Assembly: GCA_048939245.1 (NCBI GenBank) | Contig: JBHLPR010000002.1 | Location: 1 to 64,000, forward strand | Direction of reading: 5' to 3' | DNA length: 64,000 nt | Origin: Promethearchaeota archaeon | Lineage (GTDB): Archaea; Asgardarchaeota; Hermodarchaeia; Hermodarchaeales; Hermodarchaeaceae | Shown: positions 10,113 to 19,212 of the stretch, piece by piece | How the letters are laid out: each line of letters starts with the position of its first letter | Position numbering within the stretch: position 1 is the first letter of the stretch | Position numbers and translations under genes: made by a program | The notes under the pieces: generated by a model | Databases searched by the model: none | Told to the model about the DNA's origin: nothing | What the model saw: the letters and a program-made list of their open reading frames with translations, nothing else

Positions 10113-12044
10113 CTATGTTGCAAGGAAATCCTGTAAGAAGATTGCATATTCACAAGGATGTGTTCCGTTTTGGATAAGGGATTTGATGATTTTTATCCGT
10201 CCTTTTCCACTTTTGGTAACCCTTGAGAGAATGTATTCTATGGCTTTTTTACGGAATGTACAGAGCCAGGTTTTCTGGTTGTTTTTCACTAGCTTGTAAT
10301 AGGGGCAGGTTCTGTATTTGAGTGTAAATCCGCCTTCGAAATATTCGATTTCTACTTGTATTCCTAATTCTCGATACATTGCAAGTAATCTATCTCCAAT
10401 TTCGTGTATGGTCCAAGGATAATCAAGCGGAAAGATTTCGTCTAAAGTGGGTTTGACTTGTTTAAGGGCGGCTTTAACAGAATCCGCAGCAATGGCATCG
10501 CTGACCATTTGAACTACTTCACTTCGATGCAACGGGCTAAGAAATGGTTTATCCACTTTTTTCATCGTGACATTCAGCAAATTCTGAAATTCTGTAAATG
10601 CTACTTCATATCCTAATGCTTCAAGCATGGCACCAAAAATTAATCGTTGACTGGCAATTGCTACTAGTTTAACCTTTTTGAATACGATTGTAAAGTTCTC
10701 GTCGTCAAGAAAGCGAACTTCGGCGTTTGGTTGAGATTGGTACACATTCTTTTCGATGAAAACTTGAAATAACCGTCTTATTTGCGCCTCATCATTTTTA
10801 GCTAACATCCGAATGGCATTGGCAACCCGATAACCCATATTCCGGTAAATCTCCTCAAACCTTCGCCTATCACTATCAAAGATTTTAACGGCAAAAGCTT
10901 CGTATAACTCACGGGGCACCGGAATTGAATCCAAAAATTGCTCATTGACAACACGGTACAGGTTTAGTTCACTCAGTTGATCAAGTACATCTTGGGACCC
11001 ACCCCCCACTAATTCTATGGTTAGGTTGCCGTGGTTATATTCGGTAGAGTATCGAATGAGTTTCCATCCGCGTGTAGCTAAAATTACTGCAAAAGTGACT
11101 GTGGCAATATTTGCTATTTGGGGGGAAGTAGCCTGAAATGTGATTGAGTACTGGTTGTCGTTTTGGCTAATTTTGAATTGTGAAATCCAGTTCATGGCTC
11201 GTGTGGCTTCAAGCAATTCTTGCATGAATTCTTGTGGGACCTCAGATAACTCTGCGGGTTTGAGGAATAGTTGAATATCCTCAACAGCGGTTCCCAAATC
11301 AGATATTGAACCTTCAAGATTTTTAGCCGCCCACTTCAGAAACGATGGTCCTACGAGGGCAAGTTGGTCCTTGAAAAGTTGCGGTTTCAGGGTTTCTAGT
11401 TTTTCCCGAATTCCTTGAATAATTAACTGCATAGGATCGGTTGTCCGAATTACCGAGAGCTCTCTTCGCAGCATTTTTACGATAATTTCTTTTCGCATAA
11501 TCCGGAGATCAAAATTCACTCCAATTCCTTCGAGAATGATTGCCAACTGAAAAGCAACTAATTCGGGTAATCGGAGAAACACTAAGGGTCGTAGTATTAT
11601 GGTATTATCCATTTCCCGATAAGAAGTAACATCAAATACACGCGTAGTTTCACTAATTTGTTCAATTATCACTAGAAATTCCCGAAATTGTGTAGGCGCT
11701 TTCCACTGGATTGTGCTTTGAATGAGTTCAATAGAATTTTGTGCCTCGTTCTTTTGCCATTGAATAAATTCTTCTGTGGTTTGATCCGAAAGAGCAATTT
11801 TAAGGAGTTCATCCAGCAAATCCCGACGAACTGAACCCAGCTCCAATGCTTCACGCAACTTCATCTGTTCTTCGATTTGTGCTTTTATCTCACAATCTTC
11901 ACAGGAGCCAACTTTGTCGACACGAACTAAGGTTTCTAATGCCTTCTCGAGAACGCGGCTTTTAGTACCATAAGTGCCTGCCAACTCATCTAGAATCGCT
12001 CCAGCTTTCTTGGGTATGGTTGTGTGTATATGTACAGACAACAA
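10113..12044 (-). CDS. Putative transcription regulator: N-terminal ribbon-helix-helix, CxxC, repeated V4R/methanogen-output-like domains
   Basis: VHIHTTI beta-strand followed by two helices; SCEDC; C-terminal TCPY...LC...PCEY pattern typical of V4R/MetOD1. Confidence 0.65.
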   Translation of the reverse strand: MLSVHIHTTIPKKAGAILDELAGTYGTKSRVLEKALETLVRVDKVGSCEDCEIKAQIEEQMKLREALELGSVRRDLLDELLKIALSDQTTEEFIQWQKNEAQNSIELIQSTIQWKAPTQFREFLVIIEQISETTRVFDVTSYREMDNTIILRPLVFLRLPELVAFQLAIILEGIGVNFDLRIMRKEIIVKMLRRELSVIRTTDPMQLIIQGIREKLETLKPQLFKDQLALVGPSFLKWAAKNLEGSISDLGTAVEDIQLFLKPAELSEVPQEFMQELLEATRAMNWISQFKISQNDNQYSITFQATSPQIANIATVTFAVILATRGWKLIRYSTEYNHGNLTIELVGGGSQDVLDQLSELNLYRVVNEQFLDSIPVPRELYEAFAVKIFDSDRRRFEEIYRNMGYRVANAIRMLAKNDEAQIRRLFQVFIEKNVYQSQPNAEVRFLDDENFTIVFKKVKLVAIASQRLIFGAMLEALGYEVAFTEFQNLLNVTMKKVDKPFLSPLHRSEVVQMVSDAIAADSVKAALKQVKPTLDEIFPLDYPWTIHEIGDRLLAMYRELGIQVEIEYFEGGFTLKYRTCPYYKLVKNNQKTWLCTFRKKAIEYILSRVTKSGKGRIKIIKSLIQNGTHPCEYAIFLQDFLAT

Positions 12045-12155
12045 AAGCCCCTCAATTCACAGCGATGTACACACGTTTATTAATGTTGTACATATTGAAC
12101 ACGTCTCATTCCTGTACATTTTTTACACATTTTTTTAAACTGGTCAAAATGAACA
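12031..12155. promoter_or_regulatory. Cluster of TG(T/A)ACA boxes upstream of and overlapping the regulator start
   Basis: TGTACA at 12031, 12066, 12087 and 12113; TGAACA at 12096 and 12150. Confidence 0.6.
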
Positions 12156-12191
12156 CATCAGGGTCTGTAAAAAGAAAAAGGATAGGCAGCA

Positions 12192-13979
12192 TCAACTGCC
12201 TACTGACTCGAGGGTTTTTTCTGTGGTCTGTACAAAAGGCTTTGTTACTAGTGAACGTTTCCTTGTTTGCATCGCATAGCTGATTCGACTTAAAGCTAGA
12301 ATATATGCTGCAATTCGCATAGGGACATTGTGTTCCTTCGAGAGAACTAAGACGTCGTGAAAAGCAGTCTGCATGATCTGTTTCAGTTTACTTTGGACTT
12401 CTTCTACGGTCCAGAAGTAGTTCATGTGGTTCTGAACCATTTCAAAGTAGCTAACCGTCACACCACCTGCATTAGCAAGAATATCGGGAATGAGGAAGAT
12501 GTTTCGTTCATGGAATATTTTGTCAGCTTCAGGGGTGGTTGGGCCATTTGCTCCTTCAGCGATGATTTTTGTTTTGATTCGAGGAGCGTTTTCTTCGGTG
12601 ATGACGTTTTCTAATGCTGCAGGTATGAGTATATCGCAATCAAGTTCGAGGAGTTCGTGATTACTTATTTGACTTACGTCCTTGTAGCCAATGACTGAGC
12701 CCGTATTCTTCTTATGCTGTCTCACTTTCTGGGGGTCCAGCCCTTCCGAACTAAGGATGCCTCCCTTTGAATCTGAGACTGCGATGATCTTACAGCCATG
12801 TTGATGGAGTATCCGTGCTGCATGAAAACCAACATTTCCAAATCCTTGAACAACCACTCGCGTTTCATTGAGTGGAATTCCAAGTTCTTGAACTGCTTCA
12901 ATTACAGTATAGACCAAACCAAGTGAGGTTGCATCATCTCGGCCTTTCGAGCCTCCGATTCCTACGGGTTTTCCAGTGACCACGCCTGGACAATAAAGAC
13001 CTGTACATTCAACGTATTCGTCCATGATCCAGGCCATTGTTTGAGAGTCAGTATAAACATCAGGTGCAGGTATGTCCGTCTGGGGGCCAATGAATCGCAC
13101 CATTTCTCTGGTATATCCCCTGGTAAGGCGTTCAAGCTCACCAAGTGACATATTCTTGGGGTTACACCGTATCCCGCCTTTACCGCCACCCAAGGGCAAG
13201 CCCACGACAGCTGTTTTGAATGTCATCCACGCAGATAATGCGATAACCTCATCTAATGTTACATCCGGATGATAGCGAATACCTCCTTTAGTAGGTCCCA
13301 GTGCATCGTTATACTGGGATCGAAATCCAGTGAAAACACGGACGCTTCCATCATCCATGTGGACTGGAATATTGATGATGAGAATTCGTTGTGGGTGACG
13401 AAGTACCTCGTGAGTGGCTGGGTCCAAACCCAGTTTCTCGGCAGCGAGATCCAGCTGTTCGAGTGCGGCTTCGTAGGGATTTGGAGTTGGAGTGACTGTA
13501 TCAAGGGTTTGAATCTTGATTGTTGTCGCGGTGCATAGCTGATCTATTAAATGATTACAGCTCTGCGTGATTGTCTCGATGTCGCCACCGTGAATCCATT
13601 TGAAATAGTCAATGAATGCTTCTCGGCGGTCGGTTATTAAGCTCGCTTCTGCATAGGAGGGTTGTTCCGCAAAATAGTCGAACATCGTGTTTAAAATTTG
13701 AAGCTCATGCCGGGTTAAGCAGCCTTTTCCTGATTTATCATCAGGGCACTTAACATTCATGTATTCGGCACTGCGGATCTTCGTTGCGAGGCAATTGAAG
13801 ATTCGTGAGGTGTCTTCGAAGGGAATCTTGTAATTTTCGGATAACGCTGTCATTAAAGCATAATGAGTAGAGGTGATTTGTTCAAGTCCCGCAGTGTAAT
13901 GGGGCTCTTCGGCAAAAAAGTCAACCATTAACTTTTGCAAGCCCAATTCAATTGGAGTTAATTCAACCAGGTTAAGCAA
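12192..13979 (-). CDS. gdhA: Glutamate dehydrogenase with ~166-aa N-terminal extension
   Basis: GPTKGGIRYHP, GGGKGG, DIPAPD, TGKP, QGFGNVG, EGANGP and NAGGVTVSYFE motifs; GGTGA SD upstream of the TTG start. Confidence 0.93.
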   Translation of the reverse strand: MLNLVELTPIELGLQKLMVDFFAEEPHYTAGLEQITSTHYALMTALSENYKIPFEDTSRIFNCLATKIRSAEYMNVKCPDDKSGKGCLTRHELQILNTMFDYFAEQPSYAEASLITDRREAFIDYFKWIHGGDIETITQSCNHLIDQLCTATTIKIQTLDTVTPTPNPYEAALEQLDLAAEKLGLDPATHEVLRHPQRILIINIPVHMDDGSVRVFTGFRSQYNDALGPTKGGIRYHPDVTLDEVIALSAWMTFKTAVVGLPLGGGKGGIRCNPKNMSLGELERLTRGYTREMVRFIGPQTDIPAPDVYTDSQTMAWIMDEYVECTGLYCPGVVTGKPVGIGGSKGRDDATSLGLVYTVIEAVQELGIPLNETRVVVQGFGNVGFHAARILHQHGCKIIAVSDSKGGILSSEGLDPQKVRQHKKNTGSVIGYKDVSQISNHELLELDCDILIPAALENVITEENAPRIKTKIIAEGANGPTTPEADKIFHERNIFLIPDILANAGGVTVSYFEMVQNHMNYFWTVEEVQSKLKQIMQTAFHDVLVLSKEHNVPMRIAAYILALSRISYAMQTRKRSLVTKPFVQTTEKTLESVGS

Positions 13980-14009
13980 GTGACTTCACCTGGTTAAGAT
14001 AGAATATCG

Positions 14010-14055
14010 TGTTCAACTATTCAAAGGTTGTGTTCATCTTGTACATAGATGTACA
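14010..14055. promoter_or_regulatory. Second TG(T/A)ACA box cluster, in the divergent gdh / KaiC-like promoter
   Basis: TGTTCA (reverse complement TGAACA) at 14010 and 14031; TGTACA at 14040 and 14050. Confidence 0.6.
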
Positions 14056-14115
14056 TGAAACAACAGCGATACATATAATCCGTTGATGGTTAACCATTGC
14101 ATGTGGTTGGTCACC

Positions 14116-14844
14116 ATGCGCTGCTCAACAGGTATTCCACAATTTGATGAAATTCTTGGGAAAGGATTAATCTTGGGCGAAAATGTGGTTTGGGAATATG
14201 AAACTGGAACTTTTGTAAATGAATTCATGCATAATTTTATGCGCCAAGGGATTGAAATTGAGAATCAAGTCATCTACCTAGACTTCATATATCCACCACA
14301 AGCGCTGTTATTATTTCTCGAACCCTTGATTCGTACTCTTCCGAAAGGATGGGAAGATCATTTCTTGGTCCTTGATTGTTTCTCCGAATCTGGGGGTCGT
14401 GGTGAATTGATTTTCACTGATTTTTATGATAAAGCTCCATCTTGGATTCGAAGAGTTCCCATGTCTCGCGAGGTAGAACGATTTCATCATTTCTTTGGAC
14501 GAATAGAACGAGAGTTCGTAAGTGATGGAACGCGACTCGTAATTAATAGTCTCACCGCAATGGAAATTCTCTGGGGTCAGGAAAATGCCCGGGCTCTTTT
14601 TGGCCATATCTGTCCCGCACTCTATGCTTACAAAACTTTAGCCTATTGGACGATAAACCGGCATGCTCATGATAAAGCCTTTCTTGCTGCAATTGAACAC
14701 ACAACTCAGGTCGTTGTTGAGTTAAATCGAGATGATAACCATCGGTTCCTTCGAGTAAAGAAAGCAGGTGGCCGATACAATCCCAACACCTATGAATCCT
14801 ATCCATACACTGTCGATGGATTGAATATTACAATTGAAGCGTGA
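14116..14844 (+). CDS. RecA-superfamily KaiC/RAD55-like protein with degenerate Walker A
   Basis: STGIPQFDEILGKGL N-terminus; RLVINSLT Walker-B region; IEHTTQVVVEL...RFLRVKKAGGR; P-loop position reads EYETGTFV. ATG at 14116 preferred over the ORF-track start. Confidence 0.8.
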   Translation: MRCSTGIPQFDEILGKGLILGENVVWEYETGTFVNEFMHNFMRQGIEIENQVIYLDFIYPPQALLLFLEPLIRTLPKGWEDHFLVLDCFSESGGRGELIFTDFYDKAPSWIRRVPMSREVERFHHFFGRIEREFVSDGTRLVINSLTAMEILWGQENARALFGHICPALYAYKTLAYWTINRHAHDKAFLAAIEHTTQVVVELNRDDNHRFLRVKKAGGRYNPNTYESYPYTVDGLNITIEA

Positions 14845-14913
14845 GTAATCTTTATACACCCGAAAATCTCCCCTCACTCAGAATTTCTCAAACCCTGCTA
14901 GGGAGCCACCAGA

Positions 14914-15750
14914 ATGTTCGAGGTACTAACTACTCGCCAAATCGCCCCTGATATATTTGAATTTGAAGTGTTTGCTCCAGAAATTGCGACCAAGGCTAAA
15001 GCTGGCCAGTTTCTGATTTATAGATTACACGACATGGGCGAACGTATTCCTCTCACCCTCAAAGCTTGGGACAGTAAAAGAGGTTCTGTTACGATTGTCT
15101 TTCAAGTCGTCGGAAAATCCACTATGGAACTTTCCAAACTAAAAGCTGGAGATACCATCAAAGATATTCTCGGACCACTCGGAACTGCTCCACACGTTGA
15201 AAACTATGGAACCGCTGTCGTAGTCGCTGGAGGTTGTGGCGCTGCACCCGCCCTCCCCCGGGCGCGACAACTTAAGGAGGCTGGAAACTATCTAATAACC
15301 ATTCTGGGAGCACGTCAATCAAATCTTCTAGTCTGCGAGCTTGAACTCAGTCAGATAAGTGATGAACTCCATATTACCACTGATGATGGCTCCAAAGGCA
15401 CAGAAGGATTTGTCACAACAAAACTCAAGGAACTTCTAGAGTCCGATCAAAAAATCGATTATGTCTTTACCGTTGGTCCTCCTATTATGATGAAATTTGT
15501 CGCGGCTACTACAAAACCCTTCGGTGTTAAAACAGAATGCAGTTTGAACCCAATCATGGTTGATGGTACAGGTATGTGTGGTGCTTGCCGGGTTGCCGTT
15601 GGAGGAGAAATGAAGTTTGCCTGTGTTGATGGACCTGAATTTGATGCTCATGAAGTAGATTTTGATTTACTTATGACACGTCTTGATACCTATAAAGAGC
15701 AGGAGAATATTGCAACTAAGTCGTATCAACATAAATGTGCCAATAGTTAG
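14914..15750 (+). CDS. nfnA: NADH-dependent reduced ferredoxin:NADP oxidoreductase small subunit (NfnA/SudB)
   Basis: GERIPLT, GPLG, GP..MMKFV, SLNPIMVDGTGMCGACRV and FACVDGPEFD motifs. Confidence 0.93.
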   Translation: MFEVLTTRQIAPDIFEFEVFAPEIATKAKAGQFLIYRLHDMGERIPLTLKAWDSKRGSVTIVFQVVGKSTMELSKLKAGDTIKDILGPLGTAPHVENYGTAVVVAGGCGAAPALPRARQLKEAGNYLITILGARQSNLLVCELELSQISDELHITTDDGSKGTEGFVTTKLKELLESDQKIDYVFTVGPPIMMKFVAATTKPFGVKTECSLNPIMVDGTGMCGACRVAVGGEMKFACVDGPEFDAHEVDFDLLMTRLDTYKEQENIATKSYQHKCANS

Positions 15751-15834
15751 GCTGGAACGAGGCTTCGATTTAGACTCAGGCAAATCCGTAACTTTTTGAC
15801 GCTGATTTTTCTCTTTTTCTTTGGGGGATCCTAA

Positions 15835-16194
15835 ATGGATTGGTCTTCCTTCGGTAAACGCTTGACTATCTTGTTTGTAATTTGTCTTCTCGTTGCTTGG
15901 GTGGCAACAGTACTGATTTTTCTAATTTGGACTCCCTCCGGTTATTTCACGATTTTGATGTTTATGGGTCTAATTCTGCTAATCTTCGGAGCGTGCTTAC
16001 AGACACCTTTTATCGAAGCAATTGCAACAGGACGGTATTCCGTGAATCCTCCAGTGACTCGAGACACTACCCGGCATTACTCAGAAAGACGGGCTGCGCA
16101 AGAAAGAAGCGGTGTTGTAGTTCTAGCTACAGGGGCCCTGCTTTTAGCCATCGGTCTGGTAGGGCTATTTCTGTTACCCTCTTTTCCCGTATGA
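15835..16194 (+). CDS. Small membrane protein (3 TM)
   Basis: Hydrophobic segments; GGGGGA upstream of the ATG; sits between co-oriented genes. Confidence 0.65.
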   Translation: MDWSSFGKRLTILFVICLLVAWVATVLIFLIWTPSGYFTILMFMGLILLIFGACLQTPFIEAIATGRYSVNPPVTRDTTRHYSERRAAQERSGVVVLATGALLLAIGLVGLFLLPSFPV

Positions 16195-16301
16195 GTACTG
16201 GTTTTCTTGATGGTAATCGAAATCCGCCATTCGTTTATTCTGAATGGGGAGTGTTTTTAACTAACTTAGTAATTGGAATGTGCACTAGGTGAGAATGAGT
16301 C

Positions 16302-16637
16302 ATGACAACAAAAGACGAGGTCAAACAAGTGCTTGAGGGTGTACGAGAGAAATTTGACACTCCTGATATAAACTCTAAATTCGAAGGATTTGATCGAACA
16401 CTCCAATTCGTGTTCACAGATCTTGAAACGAGTTTTTACACGCGAATCCATGATGGACAAATGGATTCCTTTTTGGAAGGCGACATAGAAAAACCTAATC
16501 TCTTGGTAACAACGGATAGTAGCACCTTAGTCGGTATCATGCAGGGGAATCTTAGCCCCCTTGATGCATATTCAGTTGGTAAATTGAAAGCTAAGGGTAG
16601 CATGACCGACCTCTTGAAACTCCAAATGCTTATGTAA
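16302..16637 (+). CDS. SCP2 sterol/lipid-binding domain protein
   Basis: EGDIEKPNLLVTTDSSTLVGIMQGNLSPLDAYSVGKLKAKGSM signature. Confidence 0.88.
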   Translation: MTTKDEVKQVLEGVREKFDTPDINSKFEGFDRTLQFVFTDLETSFYTRIHDGQMDSFLEGDIEKPNLLVTTDSSTLVGIMQGNLSPLDAYSVGKLKAKGSMTDLLKLQMLM

Positions 16638-16665
16638 GCTTTCTACAATAGGAGAGCGAAGGAGT

Positions 16666-17670
16666 ATGCGTATCTTCATCACAGCATCATTTCATGAAGA
16701 CGGGCTCAGAATCCTGCGCAAACATGGAACGGTCATTCATGAAGACTGGCGAACCTCTGGTCATGTCTATTGGGGAGAAGAACTTCTTGAAAAACTCATA
16801 GCCGTTAAAGCAGACGCGGCGATCGTAGAAGCTGATGCCGTGACCCAGGAGGTTTTTGATGGTCTTCTCTTGAAGTTCATTGGGAGTGCCCGTGATAGTC
16901 CGAAAGAAGTGGATATTGAGTCAGCGACAAAACATGGTGTACCCATATTCTATGCTCCGGGACGCAATGCAGATTCAGTTGCTGACCTAACGATTCTCCT
17001 GATACTCGCCCAAGCTCGAAAACTCATAATCACCGATCGTCTCCTCAAATCCGCGAATATCACGCTTCATAGTGCTGAGGACTTTACCCAGTTGTATGAG
17101 TCGCTCAAAGGCCAGGAACTGGGTCGGAGTACGGTTGGAATCATTGGCTTAGGACAAATCGGAAGCCGCGTTGCCAGACGACTTCAAGGCTTTGGTAGCC
17201 ACGTAATCTTTTATGATCCTCATGTAAGCGCTGAAGAAGGTAAAATTGTGAATGCAGAAAAGGTGGAATTGGAGATACTTATGCGGCAATCAGATTTTGT
17301 GACGCTCCACACTCGGGCGACTCCTGAAACCTTTCGCCTAATCGGAAAGGAACAAATCTCTTGGATGAAGCCCACTGCGCATCTAATTAATACTGCTCGT
17401 TCAGCCATCATCGATGAAGATGCACTGTTTGACGCTATTCAAACTCGGACCATTGCTGGCGCGGGACTTGATGTGCATTCACGGGAACCCGTGGGATCGG
17501 ATAACCGGTTCCTACAATTTGATAATGTGACAGTAACACCTCATATCGGAGGCAACACACAAGATGTGATCTATCGACAATCGATGATTCTATCCAAGGA
17601 TATTGACCGATTCTTAAAGGGAGAAACGCCCAAATACTTAGCCAACCCAGAGGTGTTTAAGAAATCATAA
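16666..17670 (+). CDS. D-isomer-specific 2-hydroxyacid dehydrogenase
   Basis: PGRNADSVAD, GIIGLGQIG, INTAR, LDV..REP and TPHIGG motifs. Confidence 0.92.
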   Translation: MRIFITASFHEDGLRILRKHGTVIHEDWRTSGHVYWGEELLEKLIAVKADAAIVEADAVTQEVFDGLLLKFIGSARDSPKEVDIESATKHGVPIFYAPGRNADSVADLTILLILAQARKLIITDRLLKSANITLHSAEDFTQLYESLKGQELGRSTVGIIGLGQIGSRVARRLQGFGSHVIFYDPHVSAEEGKIVNAEKVELEILMRQSDFVTLHTRATPETFRLIGKEQISWMKPTAHLINTARSAIIDEDALFDAIQTRTIAGAGLDVHSREPVGSDNRFLQFDNVTVTPHIGGNTQDVIYRQSMILSKDIDRFLKGETPKYLANPEVFKKS

Positions 17671-17682
17671 TGAGCGAGTGGC

Positions 17683-19212
17683 ATGCCCAAGGAACAATTT
17701 CTCACAATAGATTTTGGGACATCAGGAATTAAATGCATGCTTTTTACTCCCGAAGGAAACGTGCAGGCTCGACAATTCGTACCTATCCATTATATTGATT
17801 CAGAGGGACTTTTTGGCATCGGGAAAGAATTCGATGCCCCTGCCGCTTGGCAGACAATGTGTCAAATGATTCCTCGCGCGCTTAAAGAGGCAAAGTCCAA
17901 ACCGGCTGATATAACAAGTATTGCAGCGACAAGTCAAAGACATGGTGCTGTTTTTCTTGATAAGAAAGGTGGGGTTATTTATGCTGGACCAAACCTTGAT
18001 GCACGGGGAGTCTTAATCCAAGATTCAGTATTGATGGGCTTGATTGAAGCCTGTCCTCCCACCGGGTGCTGGCCCCCTCTCCTCTATTCGTTGTGTCGAC
18101 TTCTTTGGTATAAACGGGAGAAACCTGAGTTATTTTCTAAAATTGAACACGTATTATCCATCAGTGACTGGATTGTATACCAGTTCACTGGTAAAGCAAC
18201 AACCGATCCCACTCAAGCTTCCAATACCCAGTTGATGGATATTCGGTCTTCACAATGGTCTCCAGAAATTCTTGAGATGGCTGAACTGTCTGTCAACCTA
18301 TTACCGGAAATCTGTGAGCCTGGCACGGTTGTTGGGAATGTATCTGCTGCAGCGAGCAAAAGCACCGGATTATCAAAAGCCTCACAGGTCAGTATTGGAG
18401 GCGCCGATACTCAGTGCGCCCTTCTGGGGTCGTCAGCCACTCAACCTGGAGATGTGGCGGTCGTTGCAGGAAATACAGGACCAATCCAACTAGTAACCTC
18501 TAAACCCCTGATTGATCCCAAAAATTGCTTGTGGACAGGGCGGTTCCTCCTGCCCAAGAAATGGGTGCTCGAAGCGAATTGCGGACCCTCCGGCTCCGTT
18601 CTAACTTGGTTCATTACCAACATAATCATCCCTCTTTGTAGTGAATTGGCCGAATCAACAGCACAGGCATTCACTTGTGCTGAGCAGTTAGCCTCTGAGG
18701 CTCCAGTGGGCTCTTTTGATACCGTTGCCTTACTTGGTCCTCAGATAATGGACGCCACTGATATGACCACGGTTCGTCCCTCGATTTTCCTCTTTCCTCC
18801 TCCTACTTCCCCAGTAGTAACTCCCATCTCTATAAAAGAAATCTCCCGCGCCTTGTTCGAAAATATCTGTTACGCTATTCGAATTAATCTGGAGCGAATA
18901 CAAAATTTGGCACAATGTGAGTTCAAAAAGTGTTCTGTTGCCGGGGGAATGACGCGAAGCAGCTTTTGGCTTCAAATGCTTGCGGATGTCACAGGTCTCA
19001 ACATCCAGTGTACTCGGGTCGTTGAAGCATCGAGTTTAGGTGCTGCTATTTGTGCTGCAACCGCAGCTGGCTTTTACAAATCACTCACCGAAGCGGCGCG
19101 TCACATGGTGTATTTCCAATCTGAACTTGTCCCACGAAAGGAAATCCATAACAAGTACAACACCTATTTCACCCGATGGCAAACCTTGTATAACCAATCC
19201 ACAAATTTATGA
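17683..19212 (+). CDS. FGGY-family carbohydrate kinase (LsrK/xylulokinase-like)
   Basis: IDFGTSGIK, TSQRHG, GGADTQCA, AGGMTRS..WLQMLADV and EASSLGAA motifs. Confidence 0.92.
   Translation: MPKEQFLTIDFGTSGIKCMLFTPEGNVQARQFVPIHYIDSEGLFGIGKEFDAPAAWQTMCQMIPRALKEAKSKPADITSIAATSQRHGAVFLDKKGGVIYAGPNLDARGVLIQDSVLMGLIEACPPTGCWPPLLYSLCRLLWYKREKPELFSKIEHVLSISDWIVYQFTGKATTDPTQASNTQLMDIRSSQWSPEILEMAELSVNLLPEICEPGTVVGNVSAAASKSTGLSKASQVSIGGADTQCALLGSSATQPGDVAVVAGNTGPIQLVTSKPLIDPKNCLWTGRFLLPKKWVLEANCGPSGSVLTWFITNIIIPLCSELAESTAQAFTCAEQLASEAPVGSFDTVALLGPQIMDATDMTTVRPSIFLFPPPTSPVVTPISIKEISRALFENICYAIRINLERIQNLAQCEFKKCSVAGGMTRSSFWLQMLADVTGLNIQCTRVVEASSLGAAICAATAAGFYKSLTEAARHMVYFQSELVPRKEIHNKYNTYFTRWQTLYNQSTNL

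Noticed and set aside
5954-14844. Genomic island integrated at tRNA-Arg
   Set aside because: No integrase, and no duplicated tRNA 3' end seen in the window.
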